Positions 47,529 to 57,509 are shown, numbered from the stretch's first letter. The stretch is DNA of 62,779 nucleotides from an uncultured Syntrophobacterales bacterium (GCA_965602785.1 CBFDAH010000003.1:1-62779); one strand, 5' to 3'. Notes: generated by a model not told the origin, from the letters alone. A program made the numbers and translations.

Positions 47529-48503
47529 ATGGAAGCTATGGCGCAAACTGCGGGAGTGAACGTGTTAGGCATGATTGCCGGGGTCATCGGCGTCGTCACC
47601 CTGGTGGCGGTAAACGCCTTATTCCTTATTTGGATGGAACGCAAGGTCTCGGCCCACATACAGCTCAGGCCCGGCCCCATGGAAGTGGGCTGGCATGGCT
47701 CCATCCAGACCATCGCCGATGCTTTGAAGCTCATGGGGAAAGAACTTATCACTCCAAGAGATGTGGACCGGCCGGTCTATCTATTGGCCCCCATCATCAT
47801 CTTCCTGCCGGTGCTCGTCTCCTTCCTGGTGATCCCCTTCTCCCAGACCCTCATCATCCGGGACATGAATGTGGGGGTGCTCCTGATCCTGGCCTTCGCT
47901 TCCATAACGGTTCTGGCCATTCTTATGGCGGGGTGGTCCTCCAACAACAAATACTCCGTCCTGGGGGCCATCCGCACCGTGGCCCAGAACGTGGCCTACG
48001 AGATACCGTTGCTCATCACCCTGATGAGCGTCATTCTCATGGTGGGTTCCCTCAGCCTGGTAGACATTGTCAACGCCCAGAGTAACTACTGGTTCATCGT
48101 GATCCAGCCTGTGGCCTTTATCCTGTATATTACCTGCGCCACCGCGGAGACCAACCGGGCCCCCTTCGACCTTCCCGAAGCGGAATCGGAGCTGGTGGCC
48201 GGGTTCCACACCGAATATACCGGCATGCGCTTCGCCTTGTTTTTCCTGGCGGAGTACACCAACATGTTCATTGCCGCGGCCATTGCCACCGTTTTCTTTC
48301 TGGGGGGTTGGCGGGGACCTTTCCTGCCGGGTATCGCCTGGTTCCTCATTAAGGTTTATTTCATCATATTTTTGCTCATGTGGTTCCGGTGGACCTTCCC
48401 TCGGGTGCGCTTCGACCAGCTTATCACCTTCGCCTGGAAGATCCTTATTCCCCTGGCCTTTGCCAACCTGATCATTACCGCGTTCATCATGAAGCTGATG
48501 TAA
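47529..48503 (+). CDS. nuoH: NADH-quinone oxidoreductase subunit H
   Basis: Motifs [29 protein letters not shown] and PRVRFDQ. Confidence 0.95.
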   Translation: MEAMAQTAGVNVLGMIAGVIGVVTLVAVNALFLIWMERKVSAHIQLRPGPMEVGWHGSIQTIADALKLMGKELITPRDVDRPVYLLAPIIIFLPVLVSFLVIPFSQTLIIRDMNVGVLLILAFASITVLAILMAGWSSNNKYSVLGAIRTVAQNVAYEIPLLITLMSVILMVGSLSLVDIVNAQSNYWFIVIQPVAFILYITCATAETNRAPFDLPEAESELVAGFHTEYTGMRFALFFLAEYTNMFIAAAIATVFFLGGWRGPFLPGIAWFLIKVYFIIFLLMWFRWTFPRVRFDQLITFAWKILIPLAFANLIITAFIMKLM

Positions 48504-48540
48504 GTCGGGAAGCTCGCGACGGCATAAAGGTTGAGAGACA

Positions 48541-49065
48541 ATGGTTAGTTACTTCAAAGAGATTCTGGTGGGTTTCTGGAGCCTCTTAGCTGGCATGGCG
48601 GTGACCATCCGCTACTTTGTCAGGCCCATCGTCACCGTCCAGTACCCCCGGGAACAGATCACCATGACCCCGCGCTACCGGGGTCCCATTGAGCTGGTCC
48701 TGGATCCCGAGTCCGGCACCCACACCTGCATCGCTTGTGAAATGTGCTCCCGCATCTGCCCCTCCCAGCTCATCACGGTAAAGGGCCTGAAGCTGGACAA
48801 AAAGAAAAAGGTGCCCTGGCAGTACGTCATCGAGTACCAGTACTGCAGCCTCTGCGGCCTGTGCCTCGAATCCTGCCCCACCGCGGCCCTTAAATGGTCC
48901 AACGAATACCGGATGGCGGGCTATACCCGGGAGGACTCGGTCATCGACGTGTTGACCCGGTTGCAGCACCAGCAGCGCATGGCAGGGGTGCGGGTGACTC
49001 CCATTCCGGAGCCTCCGGCGGAGACCGAGGCGGAGGCCGAACCCGAAGGGGAGGTGAAGGAATGA
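48541..49065 (+). CDS. nuoI: NADH-quinone oxidoreductase subunit I
   Basis: TVQYP and two CxxCxxCxxxCP motifs. Confidence 0.93.
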   Translation: MVSYFKEILVGFWSLLAGMAVTIRYFVRPIVTVQYPREQITMTPRYRGPIELVLDPESGTHTCIACEMCSRICPSQLITVKGLKLDKKKKVPWQYVIEYQYCSLCGLCLESCPTAALKWSNEYRMAGYTREDSVIDVLTRLQHQQRMAGVRVTPIPEPPAETEAEAEPEGEVKE

Positions 49066-49586
49066 ACGTCAGCTTCTTTTCGGCCCAGGGCCTGGCTACC
49101 GGCGCCTTCCTGATGGTGATGGGCATCACCGTCTTGGGGGCTCTCATCGCCGTGGGCGCCCGCAACATTTTCCACAACGTCCTGGGGCTGGCTCTCTCCC
49201 TCATCGGGGTGGCCGGACTCTTCCTCTATCTCAACAGCCCCTTCGTGGCCCTGATGGAGATCCTGATTTACGTGGGGGCTATTTGCATCGCCATCTGCTT
49301 TGCCATCATGCTGTCCCAGCCCCTTTACCTGCCGGGGCCGCCCCGCTCCATCCTGAAAAGCTTGGGAGCCATAGTCGGGGCCGGCGCCGTTTTAGCCTTC
49401 CTGGCGCTCCTTACCCGCCAGACCAAGTGGGTGCCGGCCGTCGAGCGCAGCAAGGACTGGTCCATCACCACCATCGGACATTATTTATTAACCAACTACG
49501 CCCTCATCTTTGAGGTCATCTCGCTCCTCTTGCTCGTCGCCATGCTGGGCGCCATCGTCACCGCCCGGGGCGACCGGGGCTCCTGA
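49062..49586 (+). CDS. nuoJ: NADH-quinone oxidoreductase subunit J
   Basis: Motifs EILIYVGAI and FEVISLLLLVAMLGA; ATG overlaps the nuoI stop. Confidence 0.92.
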   Translation: MNVSFFSAQGLATGAFLMVMGITVLGALIAVGARNIFHNVLGLALSLIGVAGLFLYLNSPFVALMEILIYVGAICIAICFAIMLSQPLYLPGPPRSILKSLGAIVGAGAVLAFLALLTRQTKWVPAVERSKDWSITTIGHYLLTNYALIFEVISLLLLVAMLGAIVTARGDRGS

Positions 49587-49600
49587 GTTCGAGGTCACCA

Positions 49601-49918
49601 ATGCTGATTTTTAACCAGTTGGAAACCTACCTTTACCTGGCCCTGGTGCTCTTCGCCATCGGCCTGTATGGGGTGCTGGCCCGGCGCAATCTCATCGCCG
49701 TGCTCATCTCCGTGGAGCTCATCCTCAACGCCGCTGCCATCAACTTCATGGCCTTTAATCGCTTCCTGGCGCCTCACCCGGCGGTGGGCCAGATCATCAC
49801 CCTGTTTATCATGGCCGTGGCCGCCGCCGAAGCCGCCATTGCGCTCAGCATCATCATGGCGGTGTACCGGAAGCTCAGGTCCATCAACGTGGAACAAGCC
49901 ACGGAGCTTAGGGGTTAA
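49601..49918 (+). CDS. nuoK: NADH-quinone oxidoreductase subunit K
   Basis: Motifs RRNLI, SVELILN and AAAEAAI. Confidence 0.94.
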   Translation: MLIFNQLETYLYLALVLFAIGLYGVLARRNLIAVLISVELILNAAAINFMAFNRFLAPHPAVGQIITLFIMAVAAAEAAIALSIIMAVYRKLRSINVEQATELRG

Positions 49919-49920
49919 AT

Positions 49921-51855
49921 ATGGGCTCGGTCGACTTGACGTTCTATATCTGTACCGCCATCGTTACCTTGCCATTATTGGCCTTTGCCATCATCATGAT
50001 TTTCACTTGGCGGAAGCCCAAGCTCTCCCTGGCCATCTCGTTAACCTGCTCCACCATCCCCTTGATTCTGGCCTGGTATCTTTTTATTACCATACGGGAT
50101 GTCTCCCTGGCCAACCCCCTCATTCAGCAAGTAGAGTGGTTGGTGTCCTCGGAGGGCTTCAAGGTGCCCTTTGGGTTTCTCCTGGACCCCGTAAGCCTCC
50201 TGATGCTGGCCATCGTGGCCTCCATCAGTTGGCTGATCCAGGTCTACTCCATCGGCTATATGGAGGGAGACCCGGGGTTCGCCCGTTATTATGCTGACCT
50301 GTCGCTCTTCGCCATGTCCATGCTGAGCTTGGTGACGGCCAATGGCCTGCTTCAGGTGTTTATCTCCTGGGAGCTGGTGGGCCTGTCCTCGTACTTCCTC
50401 ATCGGCTTCTGGTACGAGAAGTTCTCCGCCTCCGAAGCCGGAAAAAAGGCCTTCGTGGTCACCCGGTTCGGGGATATCGGCTTTTTTATGGGCCTGGCCT
50501 TCCTGGTCATCTATTTCGGCACCCTGGACATCAACGCCGTCAATATCGCCGCCGCTAAGAAGACCATGCCCGACTGGCTCCTCACCACCTCGGCGCTCCT
50601 GATCTTCTGCGGCATCGCCGGCAAGAGCGCCCAGTTCCCCATTCACGTGTGGCTGCCGGATGCCATGGAGGGTCCCACCCCGGTGTCGGCTTTGCTCCAC
50701 TCCGCCACCATGGTGGCCGCGGGCGTGTATCTCATGACCCGCCTCTTCCCCTTCTTTGCGGCGTCCACCATGGCCATGACCGTCATCCTGATCCTCGCCG
50801 CCATCACTCTGATCCTGTCCTCCACCATCGCCATGGTGGCCCGGGACATCAAGCAGGTCTGGGCCTACTCCACCATTAGTCAATTAGGTTTCATGGCCAT
50901 GGGCCTGGCCGCCGCCGGTTTGGCCGGCGGCACCATGTTCGCCGGCTACTACCACCTGACCACCCACGCGGCTTTCAAGGCCCTGCTCTTCTTGTGCGCC
51001 GGCGTTTTCATCCACCATTTCGGCACCAATGACTTCTTCGTTATGGGCAAGGAAGGGGGCCGCCATTTAAGGATTCCCATGGTCACCATGACCATCGGGT
51101 CCCTGGCCCTGGCCGGCATCTTCCCCTTCTCCGGCTTTTTCAGCAAGGAAGCCATCATGGGCGTGTTGTGGGGCTTGCCCAACAAGATGTGGGTGGGACT
51201 GGGGCTTTTCGGCGCCTTCCTCACCGCTTATTACACCTTCCGGGTGATATTCGTGATGCTCTTTCCCCGGCCTGACGACCATAAAGCCTGGGAAGAATAT
51301 AAACGGGAGGAGCCCGCCGGCCACGGGCACGGCCACGCCGACGAGGAGCACCACGGGGTTCCCTGGGTCATGGCCTTGCCCCTCCTCATCCTGGCCGGCT
51401 TCACCCTGGTGCTGGGTTTCATGATGGGCCCCCTGGAGGGTTACCTCCTGGGCGAGCACCATCCCCATGAAATGAACTATCTCCTCCTGGTCCTGGCCGT
51501 GGGCGCCGCCCTGGTGGGCATCGGCCTGGCCTGGCTGGACTGGGGCGCCAAGACCGCCGCCTGGCAAGGTTTCATTAGAAAAGTCCCGGCCATCGAAACC
51601 TTTTTTATCCAGAAATGGTATATGGACCACTTCTGGCGCTGGTTCCTAAACTCTTTCATCTACGGTTTGTTCTCCAGGGTGTTCACTTATAACGACCGGC
51701 GGGTGGTGGACGGCGGCGTGGATGCGGTGGCCTACTCCTGCCAAGGGAGCGGCCGAATCCTGTCTTTCCTCCAAACCGCGTTCCTCCAGTACAACCTGCT
51801 TTTCATGGTCCTGGTCCTGGCGGGCCTTGGAATTTATCTTTTGATAGGTCTCTAA
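49921..51855 (+). CDS. nuoL: NADH-quinone oxidoreductase subunit L
   Basis: Motifs GKSAQFPIHVWLPDAMEGPTPVSALLHSATMV and THAAFKALLFL. Confidence 0.95.
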   Translation: MGSVDLTFYICTAIVTLPLLAFAIIMIFTWRKPKLSLAISLTCSTIPLILAWYLFITIRDVSLANPLIQQVEWLVSSEGFKVPFGFLLDPVSLLMLAIVASISWLIQVYSIGYMEGDPGFARYYADLSLFAMSMLSLVTANGLLQVFISWELVGLSSYFLIGFWYEKFSASEAGKKAFVVTRFGDIGFFMGLAFLVIYFGTLDINAVNIAAAKKTMPDWLLTTSALLIFCGIAGKSAQFPIHVWLPDAMEGPTPVSALLHSATMVAAGVYLMTRLFPFFAASTMAMTVILILAAITLILSSTIAMVARDIKQVWAYSTISQLGFMAMGLAAAGLAGGTMFAGYYHLTTHAAFKALLFLCAGVFIHHFGTNDFFVMGKEGGRHLRIPMVTMTIGSLALAGIFPFSGFFSKEAIMGVLWGLPNKMWVGLGLFGAFLTAYYTFRVIFVMLFPRPDDHKAWEEYKREEPAGHGHGHADEEHHGVPWVMALPLLILAGFTLVLGFMMGPLEGYLLGEHHPHEMNYLLLVLAVGAALVGIGLAWLDWGAKTAAWQGFIRKVPAIETFFIQKWYMDHFWRWFLNSFIYGLFSRVFTYNDRRVVDGGVDAVAYSCQGSGRILSFLQTAFLQYNLLFMVLVLAGLGIYLLIGL

Positions 51856-51856
51856 A

Positions 51857-53329
51857 ATGACCGAGCACTTGGCATCGTTCCCGGTTCTTACCTGCATGTT
51901 GCTGTCCCCGGTGGTGGGCCTCATCATCCTGTTGTTTCTCAAGGAGAAGCATGCGTTCCTTATCCGCATGGTGTCCCTGGTCTCCGCGGGAGTCAGCTTC
52001 GGCCTGTCCATCTTCACCTTCGTAGCCTACGACCGGAAGCTGGGGGGTCTGCAATTCGTCGAGAAGGTTGAATGGGTAAAATCCTTCGGCATCACCTACT
52101 TCGTGGGTGTGGAAGGCATGAACGCCCCGCTCCTTCTCCTGACCGGTATTGTTATCTTTACCGGGGTGCTCACCATGTGGGAGCTTAAGGAGCGGACGCG
52201 GGAGTACTTCATCTTCCAGCTCGCCCTGGTGACCGGGGTTTTCGGCGTCTTCATGTCCTACGACATGTTCTTTTTCTTCCTGTTTTATGAGATCGCCGTG
52301 GTCCCCATGTACATTCTCATCCTCATCTGGGGCTCCACCCGGAAGATCTACGCCGCCATGAAGCTGACTCTCTACCTCATGGCGGGTAGCGGCCTCATCA
52401 TCCCCGGCATCCTGATGCTCTATTCCAGCTCTGGGCTGTTCACCTTTAACATGGTCCTGCTGCATGGGGTGGCCTTCGCTCCCTGGATACAAAAAATCGC
52501 CTTTGTCTTCATGTTATTGGGCTTCGGAGTTCTCGCCGGTGTTTGGCCGTTCCACACATGGTCTCCTGTCGGCCACGTGGCCGCACCCACCGCCGTGTCC
52601 ATGCTCCACGCCGGGGTGCTCATGAAGCTGGGGGCCTTTGCCATCCTCCGGGTGGCTATGTACCTCTGCCCCCAGGGCTTTCAATACTGGGCGCAATTCA
52701 TGGGCTTGCTCGCCACGGTGGGCATAGTTTACGGCGTTTTTGTAGGCCTGGCCCAGACTGACTTGAAGTACGTCATCGGTTACTCCTCGGTGTCCCACAT
52801 GGGCATTGTGGGCCTGGGGCTGGCCACCGGCACCATTGACGGCTTGAACGGCGCGGTTTTCCAGATGTTCGCCCACGGCATTATGACCGCCCTCTTCTTC
52901 TCCGCGGTGGGCTATATTTACGACCGCACCCACACCCGGAACATCCTCGAGATGGGCGGTTTCTCCAAGATCATGCCCGTGGCCTCGGCCTTCTTTATAA
53001 CCGCGGCCCTGTGCGGCGCCGGCGTCCCCGGCATGGCCAGCTTCTGGGCGGAACTCTTGGTTCTGGTTTCTGCGGTCAAGGTTTTCCCGATCCGGGGTCT
53101 CTTCGCCATCGCCTCCCTGGTCATCGGCGCCCTCTTTGCCCTGCGGGTGGTGCAGAACAGCTTCTTCAATGAACCCAATCCCAAGTTCACCCACTTTGAG
53201 GACGTGAGCCCATTCTTGGGGCTGCCCCGCATGATTCTCATCGGCTTCATGATCTTCTTCGGGCTCTTCCCCCAGGTCATGGTGGGCTTGATTAAAACTT
53301 CCATCGTACCCTTCATCCAGGGAATGTGA
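51857..53329 (+). CDS. nuoM: NADH-quinone oxidoreductase subunit M
   Basis: Motifs PFHTW, HVAAPT, LMKLG and YSSVSHMG. Confidence 0.93.
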   Translation: MTEHLASFPVLTCMLLSPVVGLIILLFLKEKHAFLIRMVSLVSAGVSFGLSIFTFVAYDRKLGGLQFVEKVEWVKSFGITYFVGVEGMNAPLLLLTGIVIFTGVLTMWELKERTREYFIFQLALVTGVFGVFMSYDMFFFFLFYEIAVVPMYILILIWGSTRKIYAAMKLTLYLMAGSGLIIPGILMLYSSSGLFTFNMVLLHGVAFAPWIQKIAFVFMLLGFGVLAGVWPFHTWSPVGHVAAPTAVSMLHAGVLMKLGAFAILRVAMYLCPQGFQYWAQFMGLLATVGIVYGVFVGLAQTDLKYVIGYSSVSHMGIVGLGLATGTIDGLNGAVFQMFAHGIMTALFFSAVGYIYDRTHTRNILEMGGFSKIMPVASAFFITAALCGAGVPGMASFWAELLVLVSAVKVFPIRGLFAIASLVIGALFALRVVQNSFFNEPNPKFTHFEDVSPFLGLPRMILIGFMIFFGLFPQVMVGLIKTSIVPFIQGM

Positions 53330-54744
53330 GAATGACCATGTTGCTCTTTGGACCGGAACTCTACTATCTGGGCCTGGCCTTCGTCATCTTCCTCTTCAGC
53401 CTGCAACGCCGCCCCCAGGTGCAGCGGGATTACGCAGTCGTCACCGTCCTGGCGGGCCTGGGCTTCGTGGTAACGCTGTTGTGCCTCTTCCAGCAAGGGG
53501 ATCTGTTTTTCAAGGCCTACCGGGTGGATCTTTTCAGCCAGATTTTCAAGGCCGCCCTGGCCCTGGGCCTTTTCCTGGTCCTGATGATCTCACGGAATCT
53601 GGCGCAAATTGAGGAGCGTTTTCACGCCGAGTTCTATCTCTTCCTCACCACTTGCACCCTGGGCATGATGATGCTGGTCAGTTCCGTGGAGCTCCTCACC
53701 ATTTACGTTTCCCTGGAACTGTCCTCCTATTCCCTTTATATCCTCGTGCCGTTGCGCAAGGGGGACGGCATCGACGTGGAAGCGGGCATCAAGTACCTCT
53801 TCATCGGCGCCGTGTCTTCCGGTTTCATGCTTTTCGGCTTAAGCTATATCTTTGGGGCCACCCACTCCACCTATTTAGTTGACATCGTTCAAAAAATGCC
53901 CCAACTTCTCCAGAGTCCCATCGGTATTGTGGGGCTTATCCTGGCCCTGGCCGGCTTTTTCTTTAAGTTATCCGTGTTCCCCTTCCACTTCTGGGCCCCG
54001 GATGTCTACCAGGGTGGCGCCAACCAGGTCGTCACCTTCATCGCCACCGCCTCCAAGGCTGCAGCCGCGGCCCTGATACTCAGGTTGGCGGCCCTGGGCG
54101 CCGGCTACGGCTATAGCTTCACCATAGCGCTGGTGGTCCTCTCCATCGCTTCCATGACCCTGGGAAACCTGGTGGCCATCATCCAGCGAGACTTCAAGCG
54201 TATGCTGGCCTATTCTTCCATTGCTCACGCCGGCTACATCCTCATCGGTGTTATCAGCATGCAGGAGGCCGGCTTTACCAGCGTCGTCTATTACGCCCTG
54301 GCCTATCTGGTCATGAACTTTACCGTGTTCATGGTGCTCTCCGAAGTGGCCTCGGACGGCCGGGATTTGAAGATCGCCGAACTGGCCGGACTCTGGCGTC
54401 GCAGTCCCTTGCTGTCCCTGAGCTTGATTCTGGGGATTTTCGCCCTGGCCGGCGTGCCGCCCTCCATCGGCTTCACCGGTAAGCTCCTGCTCTTCACTTC
54501 CGCTATGAACGAGGGCTTTTTCTGGCTGGTCCTGATTGGCGCAGTGAACGGCACGGTGTCCCTCTACTACTATCTCAAAGTGATCTATGCCGCTTACTTC
54601 GTGGACTCGGACTTGCCGCCCATTAATCTCACCATGCCCACCCGTGTGATGAACTACGCCCTGTGCGCCACGATCCTCATCTTCGGGGTGGCCCCCGACA
54701 GCATTGTCGAGCTGGCCCGGGCCGCGGTGAAAGCCGTCCTCTAA
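53326..54744 (+). CDS. nuoN: NADH-quinone oxidoreductase subunit N
   Basis: Motifs EAGIKY, FKLSVFPFHFWAPDVYQG and KRMLAYSSIAHAG. Confidence 0.94.
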   Translation: MRMTMLLFGPELYYLGLAFVIFLFSLQRRPQVQRDYAVVTVLAGLGFVVTLLCLFQQGDLFFKAYRVDLFSQIFKAALALGLFLVLMISRNLAQIEERFHAEFYLFLTTCTLGMMMLVSSVELLTIYVSLELSSYSLYILVPLRKGDGIDVEAGIKYLFIGAVSSGFMLFGLSYIFGATHSTYLVDIVQKMPQLLQSPIGIVGLILALAGFFFKLSVFPFHFWAPDVYQGGANQVVTFIATASKAAAAALILRLAALGAGYGYSFTIALVVLSIASMTLGNLVAIIQRDFKRMLAYSSIAHAGYILIGVISMQEAGFTSVVYYALAYLVMNFTVFMVLSEVASDGRDLKIAELAGLWRRSPLLSLSLILGIFALAGVPPSIGFTGKLLLFTSAMNEGFFWLVLIGAVNGTVSLYYYLKVIYAAYFVDSDLPPINLTMPTRVMNYALCATILIFGVAPDSIVELARAAVKAVL

Positions 54745-54757
54745 CCCCAGACAAACC

Positions 54758-54791
54758 AAAGCCCCGCCCGGTTTCGGGCGGGGCTTTTTTT
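54758..54791 (+). terminator. Rho-independent terminator of the nuo operon
   Basis: AAAGCCCCGCCCG-GTTT-CGGGCGGGGC followed by T7. Confidence 0.9.
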
Positions 54792-54870
54792 ATTGGGGAA
54801 GCCGGCCAGGGGATAACTAGTACTCTCTATACCAAGTTGCCATTAAAAAGGTAAGTTCATCAAAAGAAAT

Positions 54871-54921
54871 GTAGGGGCGCAATTTATTGCGTCCTCAGGG
54901 CTTGATGAATCAAGCCCCTAC
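54871..54921. repeat. GTAG-family REP inverted doublet
   Basis: GTAGGGGCGCAATTTATTGCGTCC followed by inverted GGGCTTGATGAATCAAGCCCCTAC. Confidence 0.75.
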
Positions 54922-54951
54922 GATAAGTACCTTTATGAACGCAGTTTGTTA

Positions 54952-56031
54952 TTAGTCCCCTGCCCTCCCCTGATTTTTCCAGCCAACCTGGTTAGCCGAG
55001 CTTTGGGGCAGGTGAGCCCGAATCTGGTCCAGATCGAGGTTCATGGCCTTGAGCCAGCGGTAGACCGTGCGCGTGCAGACCGCCAGCCGTCGGGCCACGG
55101 CTGACACATTGCCCTCGGCCTCCCACAGCAAGTCTTCCAGGTGCTCTTGGGGCGGGCGCGCGGGGAGGATCACCGGGGAGGCTACTGGCCGGAGGTGGTC
55201 CCGCCCCCAAGGCCCGGGGGCAAACACCAGGTCGGAAACCTGGATGAGATGCCCATTGCTGAACAGCACTGCCCGGGTGATGACGTTGCGGAGCTCACGG
55301 ACATTGCCGGGCCAGAGATAATCCCTCAGACGGCGCCGGGCCTTGGCGCTTAGCCCCACCACCGGGCGCTGATAGCGCCGGGCCTCTTGTTCCAAAAAAT
55401 GCTCGGCCAGAAGCAGCACGTCATCCCCCCGCTCCCGGAGCGGCGGCAGGGGTACCATCAGCACCGCCAGGCGGTCATACAAGTCCTGGCGAAAGCGGCC
55501 CTCGGCCAGGTGCTGGGTTAGGTCCTGGTTGGTGGCGCAGATGAGGCGCACGTCCACCGTGGTGGTGACGTCGCTCCCTATAGACTCCACCTCGCCCTGC
55601 TCCACGGCGCGCAGCAACCGGGGCTGCACTGCCAGGTCCAGATCCCCCACTTCATCGAGAAACAGGGTGCCCCGGTCAGCCTGTTGAAACTTTCCCAAGC
55701 GGGTGCGGGCCGCCCCGGTGAAGGAGCCCTGAAGATGCCCGAAGAGCTCGCTGGTGCCCAGGTCACCCCCCAGGAGGGCGCAGTTGAGGCGGAGGAACGG
55801 CTGTTGGCGCCGGGGACTGAGGGTCCACAGGGCCTCGGCTACAAGTTCCTTGCCGGTGCCGGGTTCCCCCGAAATGAGCACCGGCAAGTGGGTGGCAGCC
55901 AAGCGGGGAAGCCGATAGAGCAGGGCGTGGAGCGGCGGGTCAGCCGTCAGGATGCGGCCCAGAGTAGGGTGATGGGAAAGATCGCCGACAAGGCCGGCAA
56001 GACTAGCGAGGCCAGAGGACCCCTCACCCAT
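54952..56031 (-). CDS. Sigma54-dependent transcriptional activator (AAA+ plus Fis-type HTH, no sensory domain)
   Basis: Motifs GEPGTGKE, ELFGH..GSFTGA, LFLDEVG, FRQDLYDRL and WPGNVREL; HTH GNVSAVARRL. Confidence 0.92.
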   Translation of the reverse strand: MGEGSSGLASLAGLVGDLSHHPTLGRILTADPPLHALLYRLPRLAATHLPVLISGEPGTGKELVAEALWTLSPRRQQPFLRLNCALLGGDLGTSELFGHLQGSFTGAARTRLGKFQQADRGTLFLDEVGDLDLAVQPRLLRAVEQGEVESIGSDVTTTVDVRLICATNQDLTQHLAEGRFRQDLYDRLAVLMVPLPPLRERGDDVLLLAEHFLEQEARRYQRPVVGLSAKARRRLRDYLWPGNVRELRNVITRAVLFSNGHLIQVSDLVFAPGPWGRDHLRPVASPVILPARPPQEHLEDLLWEAEGNVSAVARRLAVCTRTVYRWLKAMNLDLDQIRAHLPQSSANQVGWKNQGRAGD

Positions 56032-56069
56032 AGCACCTCCTTGTGCTACTGTGATTCAAACATCCTTAC
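56031..56069 (-). promoter_or_regulatory. RBS hairpin matching the CsrA/RsmA site, plus a second upstream GGA site
   Basis: TAGCAC-AAGGAG-GTGCTA(TG) at 56048-56031 and GTAAGGATGT at 56069-56060. Confidence 0.55.
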
Positions 56070-56140
56070 AATAGTAGGGTTCTCTTAACATATATAAAAA
56101 ATTATTTCAATAATATGTCAGTATATAAAAACATATTTTG

Positions 56141-56629
56141 TTATAAGTTGGACAGCAGTTCCTCCGCGCGCTGCCGCACCTCCTCCTCTCCACTGGTCAG
56201 GGCCAGAATCTTGAGCCGACCCCCAAACCCCTGTTGTTCCACCCGGCTCCGCTCCCCCACCTGGGCGGCCATGGCCGTCAACACCTCCAGGACCACCTCA
56301 GCCTCCGGAAAGTCCAGGAGCAGATTGAGGGGGCCCCATTCCTGCGGTAGGCCGTAATCCGCCAGGAATTTTTGGGCAATGGCCGGGAACTTCTTGGTGC
56401 CATGGGTGGTCTCCAGTCCTTTTAAGGCCGCCTGGTATTCCGGCCGCCCCCGCTTCCCCTGGAAGAGGGCCTCGGCCTGGCGCAGGGCCAGTTTCCGCAC
56501 CCACTCCGCCTGTTTTTTGGGCACACGGGGGGCGGCTGGCTTCTGGCGGCCGGGCCGATCCCGCCGTTGGTCGATCTCCCGCCAACTGGGGCGGTCCCGC
56601 TCATCCTCCCGATCCCAATCCGTAACCAT
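56141..56629 (-). CDS. Hypothetical protein
   Basis: 162-aa ORF with RBS AAAGGA and an SWREIDQRRD motif; helical. Confidence 0.7.
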   Translation of the reverse strand: MVTDWDREDERDRPSWREIDQRRDRPGRQKPAAPRVPKKQAEWVRKLALRQAEALFQGKRGRPEYQAALKGLETTHGTKKFPAIAQKFLADYGLPQEWGPLNLLLDFPEAEVVLEVLTAMAAQVGERSRVEQQGFGGRLKILALTSGEEEVRQRAEELLSNL

Positions 56630-56876
56630 AGCTTTCCTTTCTAAGTATCCCGGGGCCGTACCTCCCTCTCCTGAGGCTCTCCGGGGGAGGCGCGGCTGGC
56701 TTAAGCCCCTCTCCCGGGGCTAGGTCGGAGGGCGCGGTCCCGCTAGTAGGTGGAGAGAGGCCTGCGTGGAAGTGGTTATCGATACTGGCGCCTTTAAGCG
56801 CTCCAGGGCACGTCCCCTGGCGTTACCCCATAGACCGGCAGCGTCCCCCGGTCCTCCTCTCTGACTGACACGTGTC

Positions 56877-57509
56877 CTAATTTTCTGCCAGGGGAGGCGA
56901 GGCGGTGCCGTGAAAGCGGCTCTGGGCCGCGAGCAGGGTCTCGGTGATCAGGGTGACCACGGCCTGGGCCGCGCAGTCCACTAAAGATACCAGGGTTTCC
57001 CAGTCGGCGCGGGCCACCGAACTCAGCACGAAATCCTCCGGGGACATGACTGGCGGTGGCCGGCCAATCCCCACTTTCACCCGGTAAAACTCCCGGGAAT
57101 TCACCGCGCCCATGATGGACTGCACCCCCCGGTGCCCTCCGGCGCCGCCCCCCTGGGCCAGTTTGAGGCGGCCGGCGGGAACGTCCAGATCGTCATGAAT
57201 GACCACCAGGGCCTCGGGGGTGAGCTTGAAATAATGGAGGAGTTGGGCCACTGCTCGGCCGCTCTGGTTCATATAGGTGGTGGGTTGGGCCAGGACCACC
57301 GCTTCCCCCTCGATCTTCCCCGTGCCCCAGTGGGCTGCCAGGGTCTTTTTCTTCAGAGGAATACCGTAGCCTTCCACCAGGGCTGTCACCACCATGAACC
57401 CTACGTTGTGCCTGGTCACGGCGTATTTAGACCCAGGATTACCCAATCCCACAATGAGCCACTTCGTGTTGGGCGGTTGGCGCTTTCTCGCCCAGGGGAA
57501 AAATCTCAC
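56877..57509 (-). CDS. pth: Peptidyl-tRNA hydrolase
   Basis: Motifs VGLGNPG, TRHNVGF, TYMNQSG, HDDLD and GGH. Confidence 0.95.
   Translation of the reverse strand: MRFFPWARKRQPPNTKWLIVGLGNPGSKYAVTRHNVGFMVVTALVEGYGIPLKKKTLAAHWGTGKIEGEAVVLAQPTTYMNQSGRAVAQLLHYFKLTPEALVVIHDDLDVPAGRLKLAQGGGAGGHRGVQSIMGAVNSREFYRVKVGIGRPPPVMSPEDFVLSSVARADWETLVSLVDCAAQAVVTLITETLLAAQSRFHGTASPPLAEN

Noticed and set aside
51300-51360. His-rich loop in NuoL (GHGHGHADEEHHG)
   Set aside because: His-rich insertions at this position are common in NuoL.
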